From the human T2T-CHM13v2.0 reference genome, Homo sapiens: a stretch of 64,000 bases of DNA. Below the pieces are notes generated by a model. It made no database searches, was not told the origin of the DNA, and saw only the letters and a list, made by a program, of their open reading frames with translations. How positions within the stretch are numbered: position 1 is the first letter of the stretch; every line of letters starts with the position of its first letter. This document shows positions 39,701 through 56,076 of the stretch, piece after piece. The translations under genes and the position numbers were made by a program. The DNA is taken from the NCBI RefSeq assembly GCF_009914755.1, contig NC_060926.1; one strand, given 5' to 3'.

Positions 39701-41305
39701 CTGGGGCTGGGGGTACAGTGACAGAAGCATTCCTGTGGTTACCACCACTAGAAATGCCCTGGGTCAGACCTGATGCCAGCACAGCACTGAGTCTCATCCA
39801 AGGCCTGCAGTAACCACTACCTGGCTACCCTGTATGTAGGGCCTAGGGCTCTACAATCAGCAGGTTGCAAAGCTAGTCAGGTTTGTGTCCTTGCCTTGAA
39901 AATGATAAGTTCCTCCATTCCCTGGGCAGGTCCCAAGGTACTATATTGGAGCCAGGGATCGGAGTCAAACACCTTAGAAATCTACCTGGCATCCTATTGT
40001 ACTGTGGCCAAGCTGGCATTCAAACCGTAAGACAAAGTCTTTCTTATTTCCCTCTCCCCTTTCCACAGGTGGAGGAGCCTATCCCCATGGCCACCACCAC
40101 TGCCAGCACACAGGGAGGTCTGCCAGGCCACCACCAATGTTCACTTAAGGCCCAAGTTATCTTCAGTCAGCTTGTGGTGAATGCTGCCAGGGCTAGGACT
40201 CTCCTTTCAGGACAGTGGGCTCCCCTCTGGCCCAGGGCAGGTCCAGATATGCTGTACAAGAACCTAGGCCTGGACTCAGGGATCTGAAAAGCCCACTTGG
40301 TCCTCTATTTCACTGCAGCTGAGCTGGTATCTAAAGCCAGCATACCTCAGAGACTCACCCAAGGCCCATTACATACAATCTAGGTATCACTGCTGGTTCT
40401 TCAGGGCCCAAGAGCATTTTAGTCAGCAGGTGATTAATCTTGCCAAGACTGGGTCCTTGCCTTCAAGGCAGCATGTTTCCTTCTGGCCCAGGGTGTGTCT
40501 AGAAATGTCATCTAGAAACTAGGGCCTGAAGTGGGGGTCTCATGACTCTACCCAGTACTCTCTCCTATTGTGCCTGTGCTAGTATCCAAGATGCAAGACA
40601 AACTCCTCTTTTCTCTTCTCTCTCCTTTCCCCAAGCAGAAAGAAGTCACTTTTGTTGCTGTGAGCTGCACTGCCATGGGTTGGGGTAGAGGCAGCACAAG
40701 CACTCTCCCACCTGACCTGTCTGGGGTCTTACTGGGTCATGGTCTGCCCCATTCCACTGGCTCTAATCCCAGCGAAGCACCAGGACTTGCCTAGTGATTG
40801 CATTCCTTGTGTCCTAGACTACCTCTCAAGTTCATTTAGAACCCCAGAGCACTTTAGCCCACGGTGGCAAGGCTTGCCAGAACTCAAGTTCCAACTGCTG
40901 GGATGGGCACTTCTCTGACTAGCATTGTTCCAAATGCTCCCTCCGTGAGTGAGCACTGGCTGAGTTCAGCATGGTTTTGCTTTCTACTGTGACAGGGCAG
41001 CACTGAGTCCAATGCAATGCCCCCCATTCACTGTGCTCTCCCTTCCCCAAGTACACAGATTTTTCTCTCCACACCACATAGCCACTGGTGAGGGAGGAGA
41101 AAGGGATGCCATCAGTGATTTAAAATTATCTCACCTACCCTTTTCAGTGCCTCTTTCAGTTATGTGAATTTAAAACCAGGTACTGATTGCTCACTTGATT
41201 TTTGGTTCTTATGGACATGCTATTTTGTTAATCTTGTTAAAGTTTGATGTTCCACAGGCCAGATAGGATGATCAGTGGAGCCTTCTATTCCACCATCTAC
41301 CTTCT
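33760..41305 (-). mobile_element. Near full-length (~7.5 kb) inactive L1MA1-3-like LINE-1
   Basis: 3'UTR at 33760-34300. ORF2 remnants ([50 protein letters not shown]). ORF2 ATG at 37969-37967. ORF1 at ~38500-39450. Long GC-richer 5'UTR to ~41300. Confidence 0.92.
38218..38252 (+). pseudogene. 3'-truncated (tailless) U2 snRNA retropseudogene, U2 nt 1-35
   Basis: atcacttcttggccctttggctaagatcaagtgta versus U2 ATCGCTTCTCGGCCTTTTGGCTAAGATCAAGTGTA (32/35). Flanked by aaaaactctatacc and aaaaactttacacc. Confidence 0.9.
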
Positions 41306-42058
41306 TGCTGTACCCTCAAACATTAAACTTATATCAATGTACAAACTACGTTATTACAGTGGTGAAAAGACATTACAAAAAACTGTTGCTTCACATTGCA
41401 TAAGACCAAAAATGGAATTCTATAATGGTAGAATGGAATCTTTTCTTATAAGAAAATAGTCCCAATAAATAGTGTCAGTTTTACTCAGCCAAACAAATTT
41501 TGGTCTCTTCTAGTTTGCTGAGTCACCTTATGTACCTTATGTCTATAATTAACAACAAGCTTATAGTTTTCCTTCATACTCTATACTGTTTTTAATCAAC
41601 TTCATCACATGAGTTCAGGAGAAGGTATACTTTAACACTTAATATAAAACATTTGGGCTACCCTTGCCCTAAAATTTAAGACCTAGAAATTATAAAGCAG
41701 AAGTTTAAGGAACTCAGTTGCCAACAATTTTTTTTGGGCCCTTAGTAATTTTAAAAGTTTAATTTATTGCCTACATTTTAAATGTAGAGAAGCTTTTTTA
41801 AAAAAAAAAACACAAAATATTCAGATTTTTACTTTTATTGAGAATAACAGAATTTCTAGGAACGAATCACATTCCTACCAAGTCTCCTTCTGTGGGAACA
41901 CTTTAGTTCTCCAGTGTCCCCAGCATACCCGTGGAACTTATATTTGATTCTATCTAAGTTACCTGCCCAGCCTCTGTAGGCTTTTGAGTTTATGAATCTT
42001 GACCTAGACCCCAAGGATACAGTTACTTTTTCTGCACTCTATAGATTTTTTCTCTTCC

Positions 42059-42463
42059 TATCTTCATCTGTTTTGTGCTGCTATAACAGGATACCTGACA
42101 GGGTAATTTATAAAGAAAGTAACTATATTTCTCACAGTTCTGGAGCCTGGAAAGTCCAAGATCAAGACACTGGCAGGTTCAGTTGTCTGATGAAGGTCCA
42201 GCCTCTGCTTCCAAGATGGTGCCCTGAAGCTAGGTCTTCCAGAGGGGAGGAATACTCTCTCCTCACATGGCAGAAGACAGAGAGTCAAAAAGGGGTAAAC
42301 GCTCTCTCTCCTCAAGCCTTTATATAATGGCACCTAATTTCCATAAGACCTCTGCCTTCATGACTCAATTTCTTCCCAAAAGCCATCTCTCTCAATACTG
42401 TTGCACTGGGCATTAAATTTCAACATGCATTTTTGAGGGGACAACAACATTCAAACCATAGCA
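42059..42463 (-). mobile_element. MSTC/MSTD-like solo LTR
   Basis: gctgctataaca...tctcacagttctggag...aagtccaagatcaag, ending acattcaaaccatagca. Confidence 0.85.
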
Positions 42464-43164
42464 TTACCAAACCCTCTCACCACCTGAACTTCCTTGGGCA
42501 GCTGTCCTCTTCCCTGTCACTGTGTCAGAATGTTTAGGGCAGGAGGACCTGAGACTGTAAAGCTAGAAAGAACAACCGACAATGAAATGAACAAAGATGA
42601 AGCAAATTGCCTGCCTGTACCTGACACTCCTTCATCACCAGTGTCCTTCTTGCTGTCAACCCAAAATAATTGTGGCAGATTTACACAAATATGTTTTGTT
42701 TACTATAGCAAAGCCACTGTGTCAGGCTCTTTAGGAATAATCCTAGGAGTAGTGTGAATTCAAGTGTAAGGGAATATTTGTTTTTCTGCCTGCAATGTTG
42801 CCCAAAATTCCTAGAATAGGAGACAAAGTCTTCCATTTGATAATTCCAGACAGATATTTTTAAATAATTACTGATAGGGTGATAATGCAATAGTTTGAAT
42901 GAGTTTTATTTAAGATGTAGTGATGAATTATATCTAATCTTTTATTTTTCTGTTTTAGTATAATCAAATTGAGAAAGCGCTGGGTATGAGAAAGAGGTAC
43001 ATATATTTCATAGTTGAGGTAAAATACAAACAGGAAAAACTGGAGACTTTGATGCCCTCTACCACTTTTCCTTTTAGCTAGCTCAGCTACTACTATTATT
43101 ACTACTACTAATACTCTATAATGACAATTATTCTTGTAATAACATTTATATTAACAATAATAGT

Positions 43165-43378
43165 AAGAGGAACTACCAGTATTTGGGTACTCACTTTGTT
43201 TTAGGCAATGTGCTAAGTACTTCATATGTATTATCGCAGAACACCCTTAAAAAGTAAGTACTGTTATGATATCTATTTTAGAGTATAAGTATCTTGCCCA
43301 TTGTTGCACAGCAAGTAGAATTGGGAACTGGTATTCTACTACAGGTCTGACTCAAAAGTCCATGGTCTTAATCAGTGT
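43165..43378 (-). mobile_element. MIR fragment
   Basis: aggcaatgtgctaagtacttcatatgtattatc...aagtatcttgccca...gtctgactcaaaagtccatggtcttaa. Confidence 0.7.
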
Positions 43379-44741
43379 AGGATAACTGGGACATTATTGC
43401 TATAAGATATATACTTCGTCCTTGCTTCAAGTGGCTATAACTTCACCTCAGTGGCTTTCATCTGAAAGTACACCTTCAGAGCTCCCATATTGACTCATAA
43501 ATATGACAGCACTTTTCTCATTCACCTATTATTGGCTAAATTTCAGATACAAGTTGAGAGTGGGAAAGGAAGAATTGGTGAAGAAAAGCACTTGTGAGTA
43601 CTCTAGTTTAGGTGTAGCAATCCTACCCATGAATCTGTGCTTTACAAGCACACTGCTCTTTATTTTCAACACTTCACTTCAAACTGGTGGTGGAGGATGC
43701 CAAAGGCCTTTCAGCTGGAAACCTCCTAATTAAATGTTGAACTTTTAATGGATCATTAAGGTTTTGTTCCTATGAGGAGAAGTTCCTATGGATCATCAAG
43801 TGAGAGATTAATGACCTGTCAATGTTTTTCGAATGCAGGGAAGACATTTTATAAATGCTACATAGAAGGATCCAGTTGTTTAATTTACCAAGCATATTTT
43901 CTCTTTGTGCCATTTTTAATCCTGCACAGTTGGGGATACTTGGCTCTCTAAAAAAATTCCTTATCTTTGAGATAAAAGGTGTTCCTATTGTTCACACAGA
44001 CCTTAGGCAGTATGAAAAGTAAAACATAATGGCAGGATACACAGTGATACATTGTTGTACCTTATCAAAATAAAGAGAGAATGTAATATCATTTTCTTTG
44101 TCTCATCTCTAAACTCAGGAATATTTGCTGGTGGTAGGAAAGAAGTTATACCCAGCAGTTTTACTCAAAGAAACCCACTATGTGAATGCAAGTTCAAAAT
44201 AGAAATCAGGTAGAAATGCTGTTACAGAGTTGATCTCTGACCTTTCCAGATCTGGGCCACTTTCTTAATTCCTTTCCTTCTTTATGGCCATTTAAATGAG
44301 ACCTGAGTGATTCTGATATATCTATCTTGGTTATAGCTAAAGAAAGCAGTAAAAGAGACAAAGTTTTATTAACAGCTCATCAGCTCACCTACACTAAATC
44401 TAGGCAGAAATAAGTTCAAGAAGCTAGATTTCTGTAGAATTCCTGCTATGTCTTTTATGCATATTATGTTCACCTGAAAGATGTCAACATTATTCAGGTA
44501 GCCCATTCAGCACCGAAAGGGTTAAGAACAGAAAAACAGACTCCATTTCTGCTGGATATGTACCTTGAAATTAACAGGAAAAGAGGACCTGGAATTTACA
44601 TCTTTGTGACTGGTGTAAATTGAATAAATAGATTTTCAGTAAATGTGATGTAAGCACTTTGTTCTTTTCTTATGAATAATACAGCAACCCTAAGTTTTCC
44701 CAAGCCTCTCTGGGTCTTTAGATATTAATGAGAACAATTAC

Positions 44742-45085
44742 CTGGCTGGTTGACTGTTCCTGACCAAGGCATCGAGAAAACCACCAATTCTCTTCTGTAA
44801 TATTCTGAGGACATCCAGAGGAGGTTTCACAGATGTACACCATCAATCCGAATTTCAATTCCAACCTTCCCAGGAAAGCAAGAATACCAAGCCCATTGGG
44901 ATGCTGCCTGCTCCATTGCATATCACGTCCATTGCTAATGTGTCTGTTCATCTGTGTACCACTTTTGAAGTCCTTGAACCCTCACAGGCTTAAGCCATTC
45001 CAATTTCTGTGCAGAACTTCTCCCTTTCTGTTAGACTGTCATCCCAGTATCCACAGTGCTGACCTCCAAAATTCTGCTAAATTTC
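44742..45085 (-). ncRNA. Candidate exon of an unidentified transcript
   Basis: Acceptor cagttttccttag| and donor CAG|gtaatt in a GC-richer unique block. Motif evidence only. Confidence 0.28.
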
Positions 45086-45429
45086 CTAAGGAAAACTGTC
45101 TTGTCAGCTTGTGCTATAAAGGTAGGGCTCAAAAATTAGAGCTGGGAAAACAGATGCCTTGCTATTCTTCCCATTGTTCGTTACCATCAGTCCCTTGCCT
45201 TTTCCCCTGGATACTTAGACACAAATATCTTCCTAAAAAGTCCTCTTTGCAAAGGCAATATATTCCCACCAAAGACATCTAGGATCCAACTAGCACCTGT
45301 TAGATATGCTAAATATGTCTAAATACAAGGCCTCTTCTGCTTAATACCAGCTCAAATAGTGAGAGATATGATTGTCCTAATTGATTAAAGATATATCAAT
45401 GCAGTCGTTATTTTACCATGCCACCTTCT

Positions 45430-45712
45430 TCTCACACTTGAACAACACAACACTACTTAAAATTATCTACGTAAGTTCTTAGTCAAATCACACCTCTTTC
45501 TTTACACTTTACCAAAACATTTTTTATATTGATTATAGTATCTCTATTATGTTACTTAACAATCTATTTTAGATTGCTTAAATGTACATTAGAATGAGCC
45601 CCTAGTTGCACTATTTGTATTGAATATTATTCATTTTTGTGTTCTCCACAATGTCTAACACAGTACTCTACATTTTGTAAGCATTTAAAATCATTGTATT
45701 GAACGAATAATA
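45430..45712 (+). mobile_element. L2 3' end fragment
   Basis: atgtctaacacagtac...gtaagcatttaaaa...tgaacgaat is the L2 terminus. Confidence 0.5.
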
Positions 45713-46489
45713 AAATCAAATTCATTCATAAGACAAAATGACAATAAAACATACATTCCTCCTTTTGCTGGTTTCTGACAGGACTACCTAATATCTTTAA
45801 TGTTACTGGAATTTATACAAAAGTAATTATAATTACCTAACTCTATATCTGCCTATGTCTGTATGTTATTGGTATATGAATATTTAAATGAAGGGGTAAA
45901 TGATTTCTCAAAGGCAGGGCAAAATTCTTCAAGATACTATTTTTGTTAGGAAAACCTACAAAAATAACACTGCAATGTCTAAATCACAGTTGCATTTAAC
46001 AGAATGCTTTTATTTTTAATATAGTGAACTTTTAGTTCTTTATACATTGATAACATTGCTAATTATAAACCTATTTCTTATTATTCCCTTTATTCTACAT
46101 TGTCTATTCTTACACATAGTTTTTGTAGGATAAGACTCTGGTTCTTACTTGATATCTAGTTTGAATTCCTTTGTACTTTTGTTCATCCTACTCAACTAAA
46201 CACAAATTTATAGGTGCATTATTAGGAGCAGAGTGATTTATTGAAAACTTCGTGTGACACAATATGATTAAGAAATTAACTGTAACTTATTTTCTTGACA
46301 GTAAGTTCTTTATCAATAGTTGAGCATATTTACCTCTCCCTGCTAAGAAAAAGAGAGTTTTGAACAAGAATATCTAATTGATGATTCCCATAGTTGAGTT
46401 TGTTAGCCACTGTCATGAAAACTTAGGCTTGAGACAAAATTAAGCAAAACTTTCTAGGTTGGGTCCTTAGGATTGGGGACTGGTGGTCA

Positions 46490-48325
<1,836 letters not shown>

Positions 48326-48429
48326 TTTTGTAGTCCTAGTCAATACATAAGTCATTCAAATACTCTTATATTTTTGGTAATTTCTCCCTTTGGAATGCGG
48401 TTAAGATGATGAAAGAGTTAGTATAGTTT

Positions 48430-48705
48430 TATTAATTTTTGTTAGTTTTTAGCTACATGTTTCAATGCTGGCTCCAAGTGTTAGGAATACAGATATCAAA
48501 ATAAATACATTGTAGTTGTCCTGAAGCTTTCATTCTAATGAGGAATATAATATAAATAACATATATTAAATGTAAAAAGTAAATTATTGTATGCTAGAAT
48601 ATAAGAGCCATGAAAGAAAAAAAAAGAACAAAGTAAGGCAAGATGGGGATGGGGATGGCAGTCTAATATTCAATAAAGGATCAGAGTAGATCTTACTGAA
48701 AAGTA
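48430..48705 (-). mobile_element. L2 fragment
   Basis: ccaagtgttaggaatacag...gtcctgaagctttcattctaatgagg matches the antisense L2 3' end. Confidence 0.5.
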
Positions 48706-49670
48706 ATTAAAAAACCTTTTGAATCCTAAGACTCAAATAGTATTCAAATATTGGCAAACAGCACTAAAATAATTAATCTTTTTATCGTTTAAAATTATGT
48801 TTTTATTATTTTAAACTTTTGTAAGTGTTTAATCCAATATCTTATATAGGATTTTTAAATAAATACATATCTATACAATGAAATTATACTTTATGATTGT
48901 TACAACACTATGTAATTATATATTGTATATTTACATCATAAAATAAAAATTCTACCAATGCAATCATAGTAACAAAATTGGAAGATAATATAAAAAATAA
49001 TTTCTATCTGTATAAAACAAAAAGTTCATATAAAAAGGAGATTAATAATACTTTAATTCTGAGATGAAATAGGACATATTTTCAAATGAAGAACTATAAA
49101 TGATTTATAGACAAAATATATAACACATAGGTACATTTAGAAATAATTTAAAGTTGCCAATTAAAATTAGTTTTTCTCAGAAAATTTGTAAATAATTTTC
49201 CAATATTCAATCTTTGAAAATATTTTGTTATACACCAATATATACTGCTATCAAAAATGCAAATTAGATAAACTTTTCCTGAATTCAATCTATGTATGAC
49301 TTTTTTAAAATATTCATATATTGATTCATCATTTCCTTAATATATTTTAGTATGCCAGAAAGTAATAAGAATAATCATTAGAAATAAGAATTTCTGAACA
49401 ACTTACCCAACAGTTACAAAATATATAACAGTATACTGATTTAATTTTTTTTAAAAAATACATAATATAAAACCTACAGCATAACATAAAATGAAAAATC
49501 CAAGATACAATATGTATAAATATACATACAAATATAAATATTACAGCATGAATGTAAATATGTTTATGTGGAAACAGAGATGTGAAATACAGATGACTAT
49601 AGAATTCAGTTTCATCTACTTATGCCAAATATGAAATTTTACTGGGGTTCAGGTCTAATATGAATCTTAC

Positions 49671-49858
49671 CTGAAAAGTTTTTATACAAGAGGGAGAAAT
49701 ACAGTGGTCAATCACAAGCAAGTGCTCAGCATCCACTTTACAAAACTCCTCTTCTGTATTTCATGTTATATACATAGTAATTCTTGTGACTTTAGAACAA
49801 CTTTTAATTAGCCCTCCAAAGAAATTTACCTACTTGTATCAGTGATTATATTGAAGAT
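49671..49858 (-). ncRNA. Candidate exon of an unidentified transcript
   Basis: Acceptor gatctctattttag| and strong donor CAG|gtaaga. Motif evidence only. Confidence 0.25.
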
Positions 49859-52800
49859 CTAAAATAGAGATCAATTTTATCTATAAAGTAAGCATTATAC
49901 ACATATTAAGGAAGGAGTGGTCTAATTCAGCAGAAGTTCAGCTCTGTTACTAGCATGATTCTACTACATGAATAATTATGTTTCTTTAGATACATATCCC
50001 CCCATACACACACACAGATTTAGAAGTGTTTCTATGAGGGCCCCAGACAGTGTTACAAAACATTAAATTAGAGATAATTTTTTTGTGAAAACTCAAAAAG
50101 CTATTAATTTGTGAATAATACATCTAGAAAAAATACAACTTAATTTGAAAATGTAATTTATTGGAAAACAAGCCTATATAGAATAAAGGCACCAGTGCAA
50201 GTAAGAGTGAAAAAACTTATGAAGCACTTACATTTTTATAATGTAAATTAACAGGGACACGCCTTTAATATGTAGAGATGGAAGAGCTTATTCCTGAGTT
50301 AAAAAGATTAATGAAGAGGGATTGTGGGTTGGGACAAGCAGACAATTATCAGAAAACATGTTCATTAACCTACAGTACATGATCTGTACATCACCATCAT
50401 TATCATTTACTATTAGTTATCATAGCTTGGGTTTTACAGATCTGAGGAAGTTTACAGCTGATGTTACTATGCAGAGTTTATTTTGGCTTCAGAATTAATT
50501 TTAGACCCTCCATAAATTACATTTGTTCTATGCTTGTAGATTCACAAAAGGTCTGAAGGGATCTATTAAACCACTGATTATATAGTAGAAATTACGTGCT
50601 TAAACTACAGCTTTTGTGAGAGTCACACTGACACATGAAAATGATAATATTAGTTTTTTTGATCTCCTAATAAACCCCATTCACCATTAAGTGATTCTCC
50701 ATTAGAAAGCTTTTTTTCAATTGCTCTTTTTCTAAAAGATTTTATAAATCTTTTCATAAAATAAAATCACTTGAATTTCTCCTTCCCTTTGCACAGTTTT
50801 GTATAGAATAAAAAAACAGTCATAGGCCAAGTAAAATTTTTGGCATTATGGGGTAAAACTTACCCAAAACAACCACCAAAAGAAGGGAGGTAATGTTTTG
50901 AGAAACAGAGCCAATGTCAGTAACAGGAAAAATCCTATCCAAATACAAGCAAAGAAAATGACAGGCCAATATCCCTGTGAACATAAATGCAAAAATTCTC
51001 AACAAAATACTAGCAAACCAAATCCAACAACTCATCAAAAAGATAATATTCTATGATCAAGTAGGTTTTATTCCAGGGATGCAAGAATGGTTCCACACAT
51101 GCAAATCAATAAATGTGATTCACTACATAAACAGAATTGAGAAACAAAACCTATATGATCATCTCAATTGATGGAGAAAAGGCATTCAATAAAATCTAGC
51201 ATCCCTTCATGATAAAACCCCCAATGAACTAGAAATTGGAGGAAAATACCTCAAAATAATAGAAGTCATATATGACAGACTGACAGCCAATATCATGCTG
51301 AAGGAATAAAAGTGGAAAGCATTCTCCCTAAGAACAAAGAGACAAGACCTACTTTTACCACTCCTATTCAACATAGTTCTGGAAGTTCTAGCCAAAGCAA
51401 TTAAGCAAGAGAAAGAAATAAAGGCATCCAAATTGGAAGAGAGGAAGTCAAACTATCTCTGTTCATTGATGATATAATTTTATACCTAGAAAACCCTAAA
51501 GGCTTCTCTGAAAGACTCCCAGGCTTGATAAATGACTTCAGTAAAGTTTTTGGATACAAAATCAACATTAAAGGAACAGTAACATTTCTGTACACCAATC
51601 ACATTGCAGCTGAGAACCAAATCAAGAACTCAATCCCATTTACAACAGCTATTTTTAAAAACACATAGGAATACATCTAAGCAAGGAAGTAAAAGATCTC
51701 TATAAGAACAACTACAAAACTGATGAAAGAAATCATAGACAATACAAATAAAAAGATTCCATGTTCATGGATCAGAAGAACCAACATTAAAATGACCATA
51801 CTGTCCAAAGCAATCTACAGATTCAATGCAATTTCTATCAAATTACTGTAATTTTTCACAGAATTTTTAAAGAATTTAAAATTCTAAAATTAATATGGCA
51901 TCAAAAGAGACCCTAAAAAGCCAAAGCAATTCTGAGGGAAAAAACCAAAGTGGGATGCATCATATTATCCAATGTCAAATTATACTCCAGGGGTATAGTA
52001 ACCAAACGGAATGGTACTGGTATAAAAATAGACACAAGGACTCATAGAACAGAACAGAGGACCCAGAAATAAAGCCACATACCTAAAATCAGGACACCTT
52101 ATTCAAAAATGGTGCTTGGAAAACTGGATGGCTATACGCAGAAGAAAAAAATGGGACCCATATATCACCGTATACAAAAAATAACTCAAGATAAATTAAA
52201 GACTTAAATGAAAGACCTCAAACTATCAAAATCTAGACAAAAACATAGGAAAAACTCTTCTGGACATTGGTCTAGGCAAATTATTTATAATTAAGACTTT
52301 AAAAGCAAATGCAACAAAACCAGAAATAGACAAACGAGACATAATTGAACTAAAGAGCTTCTGCACAACAGAAAAAAAAATCTACAAAATAAAGACAACC
52401 TACAGAATGGAAGGAAATATTTACAAACTATGCATCTGACAAAGGACCAATAGATTCGGAATCTACAAACAAAGAAGTAAACAAGAAAATACAACCATTA
52501 AAAAGTGAACAAAGGATATGAACATTTTAAACAAGAAATGTAAGTAGAAAACGAAACACATGAAAAAATGTTCAACATCAGTAATCAAAGAAATGCAAAT
52601 TAAAACCACAGAGAGATACCATCTTATATCAGTCAGAATGGCTATTAAAAAGTCAAAAATTAACATGTTGATGAGGATTCAGGTAAAAGGGAACACTAAT
52701 ACACTTGGTGGGACTGTAAATTTAGTATGGCCTCACAGAAAACAATACGAAGATTTCTCAAAGAACTAAAAATATAACTACTATTTGATCCAGAAACCCT

Positions 52801-52952
52801 ACTACTGGGTATCTATCCAAAGGAAATAAAATTATTGTATCAGAAAGATACCTGCAATCACAAGTTTATCACAACACTATTTACAATAGCAAATATGTAG
52901 AACCAACCAAAGTGTCCACTGATTGGTGACTGGATTAAAAAATGTAGTATAC

Positions 52953-53326
52953 AGGTGCCCATTGATAGTGGATTGGATAAAGAATATGAAACAATGTCCT
53001 TTGCAGGAACATGGATGCAGCTGGACATTATCCTAAGTAGATTAATGCAGGAACAGAAAGCTAAATAATGTGTGCTTTCACTTATAAAGTTGGAGCTAAA
53101 CATTGGGTATACATGGACATAAAATTGAGAACAACAGACATTGGAGAATACAAGAGGGGACAGGGAGGGAGTGGGCAAGGGTTGAAAAACTACCTTTTGG
53201 GTACTATGCTCGCTTCCTGGGTGATGGGTTCAATCACACCTCAAACTTTAGCATCATTCAATATACTTTTGTAACTAACCTGCACATGTACCCCCATAAT
53301 CTAACGTAACATTTGAAAACAAAATG
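52953..53326 (+). mobile_element. L1PA15-17-like 3' end nested in the L1PB
   Basis: A second, different 3'UTR (gggcaagggttgaaaaactacc...gggtactatgctc...aacctgcacatgtacccc). TSD-like aaaatgtagtatac/aaaatgtggtgtgt. Confidence 0.75.
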
Positions 53327-53454
53327 AAAATGTGGTGTGTATATATCATGAAATACTACTTAGCCATAAAAAAGAATGAAAACATGTCTTTTGCAGCAAC
53401 GCAGATGGACTGGAGGCCATTATCATAAGTGAAATAAGTCAGAAACACAAAGTA

Positions 53455-53841
<387 letters not shown>

Positions 53842-54149
53842 CTAAACAGTGGGTCATATGGACATAGAGAGTGGAACAAAAGACATTAGAGACTTCAAGA
53901 GGTGGAAGGGTAAAAGAAGGGTGAGGGATAAAAATTACCTATTGAGTACAAGGTACACTATTCAGGTGACGGGAACAATAAAAGCCCAGGCTTCATCACT
54001 ATGCAATATATCCACATAACTAAACTGCACTTGTAACCCCTCAATCTATAAACATTAAAAAAATTAAGAAACAAATACAAATACTGTTCATCTTAGATCT
54101 GGGTCACAGAGAAGTGATGGGGCACAGAGAGAAGAAATGCATTGAGGGT

Positions 54150-54320
54150 CTGCTATATAATCGGCACTCTGTTAGGCAATTCACACATATTCTCTTATAC
54201 AATCCTCAAATAAGAAAAATATTACTTTCAATTTAAAGACTCAAAGGTTACATAATGCGGACAAGATAGCATAGCTAACAATGAAACCAAGTTTTCAAAT
54301 CCCAATCTCTATGACGCTAA
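54150..54320 (-). mobile_element. MIR fragment
   Basis: ggcactctgttaggcaattcacacatattctc...aatcctca...aaaggtta. Confidence 0.55.
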
Positions 54321-54608
54321 GAAAATTTGCACAAAATATGAACCAGACAAAATTATGAGTGAAAAATACCAATAGGTATGTTTAAGGGAAAAATAGACAT
54401 TTTACATTTGTCCAGTCGCAGTTCAATTTGATACATAAGTGTGTGTGTAGGTATGTGGGTGTGTGAATGAGTGTGGGAGAATTGGAGAATTGGGGAGATG
54501 TATGTATATAGATGTGTGTATCTCTATGTTTTTTATATATATGTGCATATATAGATCTTATATTTTTATAACCTATTTATAATACATAGATACAATTATA
54601 GATTTTAA

Positions 54609-54951
<343 letters not shown>

Positions 54952-55010
54952 GAGAAAATTTCATTGTAAGTATTCTAAATTCCTCAGACAACTCTGGACA
55001 AATGCTTTAC

Positions 55011-55154
55011 TTTTTAATTTTTAAATTTTTATTTCATTTTAATTGGAAGTTCTGGGATACATGTGCAAGATGTGCAGGTTTGTTACACAGGTGAACACAT
55101 GCCATGGTGATTTGTTGCCCCTATCAACCCATCACCTAGATGGTAAGCCCAGCA
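55011..55154 (-). mobile_element. Short L1PA 3' end (~145 bp)
   Basis: gatacatgtgcaagatgtgcaggtttgttacac...tcaacccatcacctag. TSD-like aaatgctttac/aaatgcatgac. Confidence 0.85.
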
Positions 55155-56076
55155 AAATGCATGACCTTTTTAAGATTCCTTGTAGCACAATGCATCATTT
55201 CATTTAAACTATTATGATATAACGAGACTCTTTCAAGTAAAATATTCTAGAGTTTTAAGTAAAATGTTGTAAGAGTTTTCTCTTCAAAATTTCATCTAAG
55301 GAAGCAATGTATTTATTTTATAATACTGTTTATAATTTTAAACACTTTAAAAACAATCTCATTGTAATTTTTACTTTTAAAAATGAAATATGGTTTTATT
55401 ATATAAAAATTATTTAGATTTCTCCAACTCTAAATATTTTAAAACAAAGGATGAAGCACAATTATTAAGTTTTTAAAAATAAACCATTATTTTGTGGGAA
55501 ATTTAAAACAGAAGTTTGAAAATACTTGGAATTATCACAACAATGGAATAAATATAAAGCTCCCAAGATATTAAAGAAAAACATTCATCTGAATAGGTAT
55601 TTTAGTTTGTAAAAATCAAATTTTAAAGTCAAGTATCCTAGGTTAGTTACAAAATATTCTGTGAAATATAAAGATAAGTCAAAATGAAATAAATTTATTA
55701 TTAGAGTTCCAAGTGAACATATAAGTAACAGAGTTATGAGTAACACATATTTTATATATAAATAACATGTTTTTAAATTAAGAGTATGATAAATTACCAA
55801 AAATGTCAAGCTGTGATTTGAGGTCACACATTGATAGGAGCGTAGAATAAATTTGGGGGAGAATCTTAGACTTTATAATGTTGTAGTCCAATGCTTAATT
55901 TGAATGAAAACCATGATACTGAAAAGTAGATCTTAAAAATAAAATTTGAACTCAAACATGTCATCAGGGTTCCCTATGGGAACTGTAGGGATCACAGAGT
56001 GCCATGGGGTAATAATTTGTATAAGTATTGAGACAAATTCCATTTATCATTAGAATCTTTCCTATTACTCCCATAT

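Noticed and set aside
44833-45282. 149-aa plus-strand ORF
   Set aside because: Cys/Leu/Pro/Ser-rich composition typical of non-coding frames, no homology, and splice signals here favour the opposite strand.
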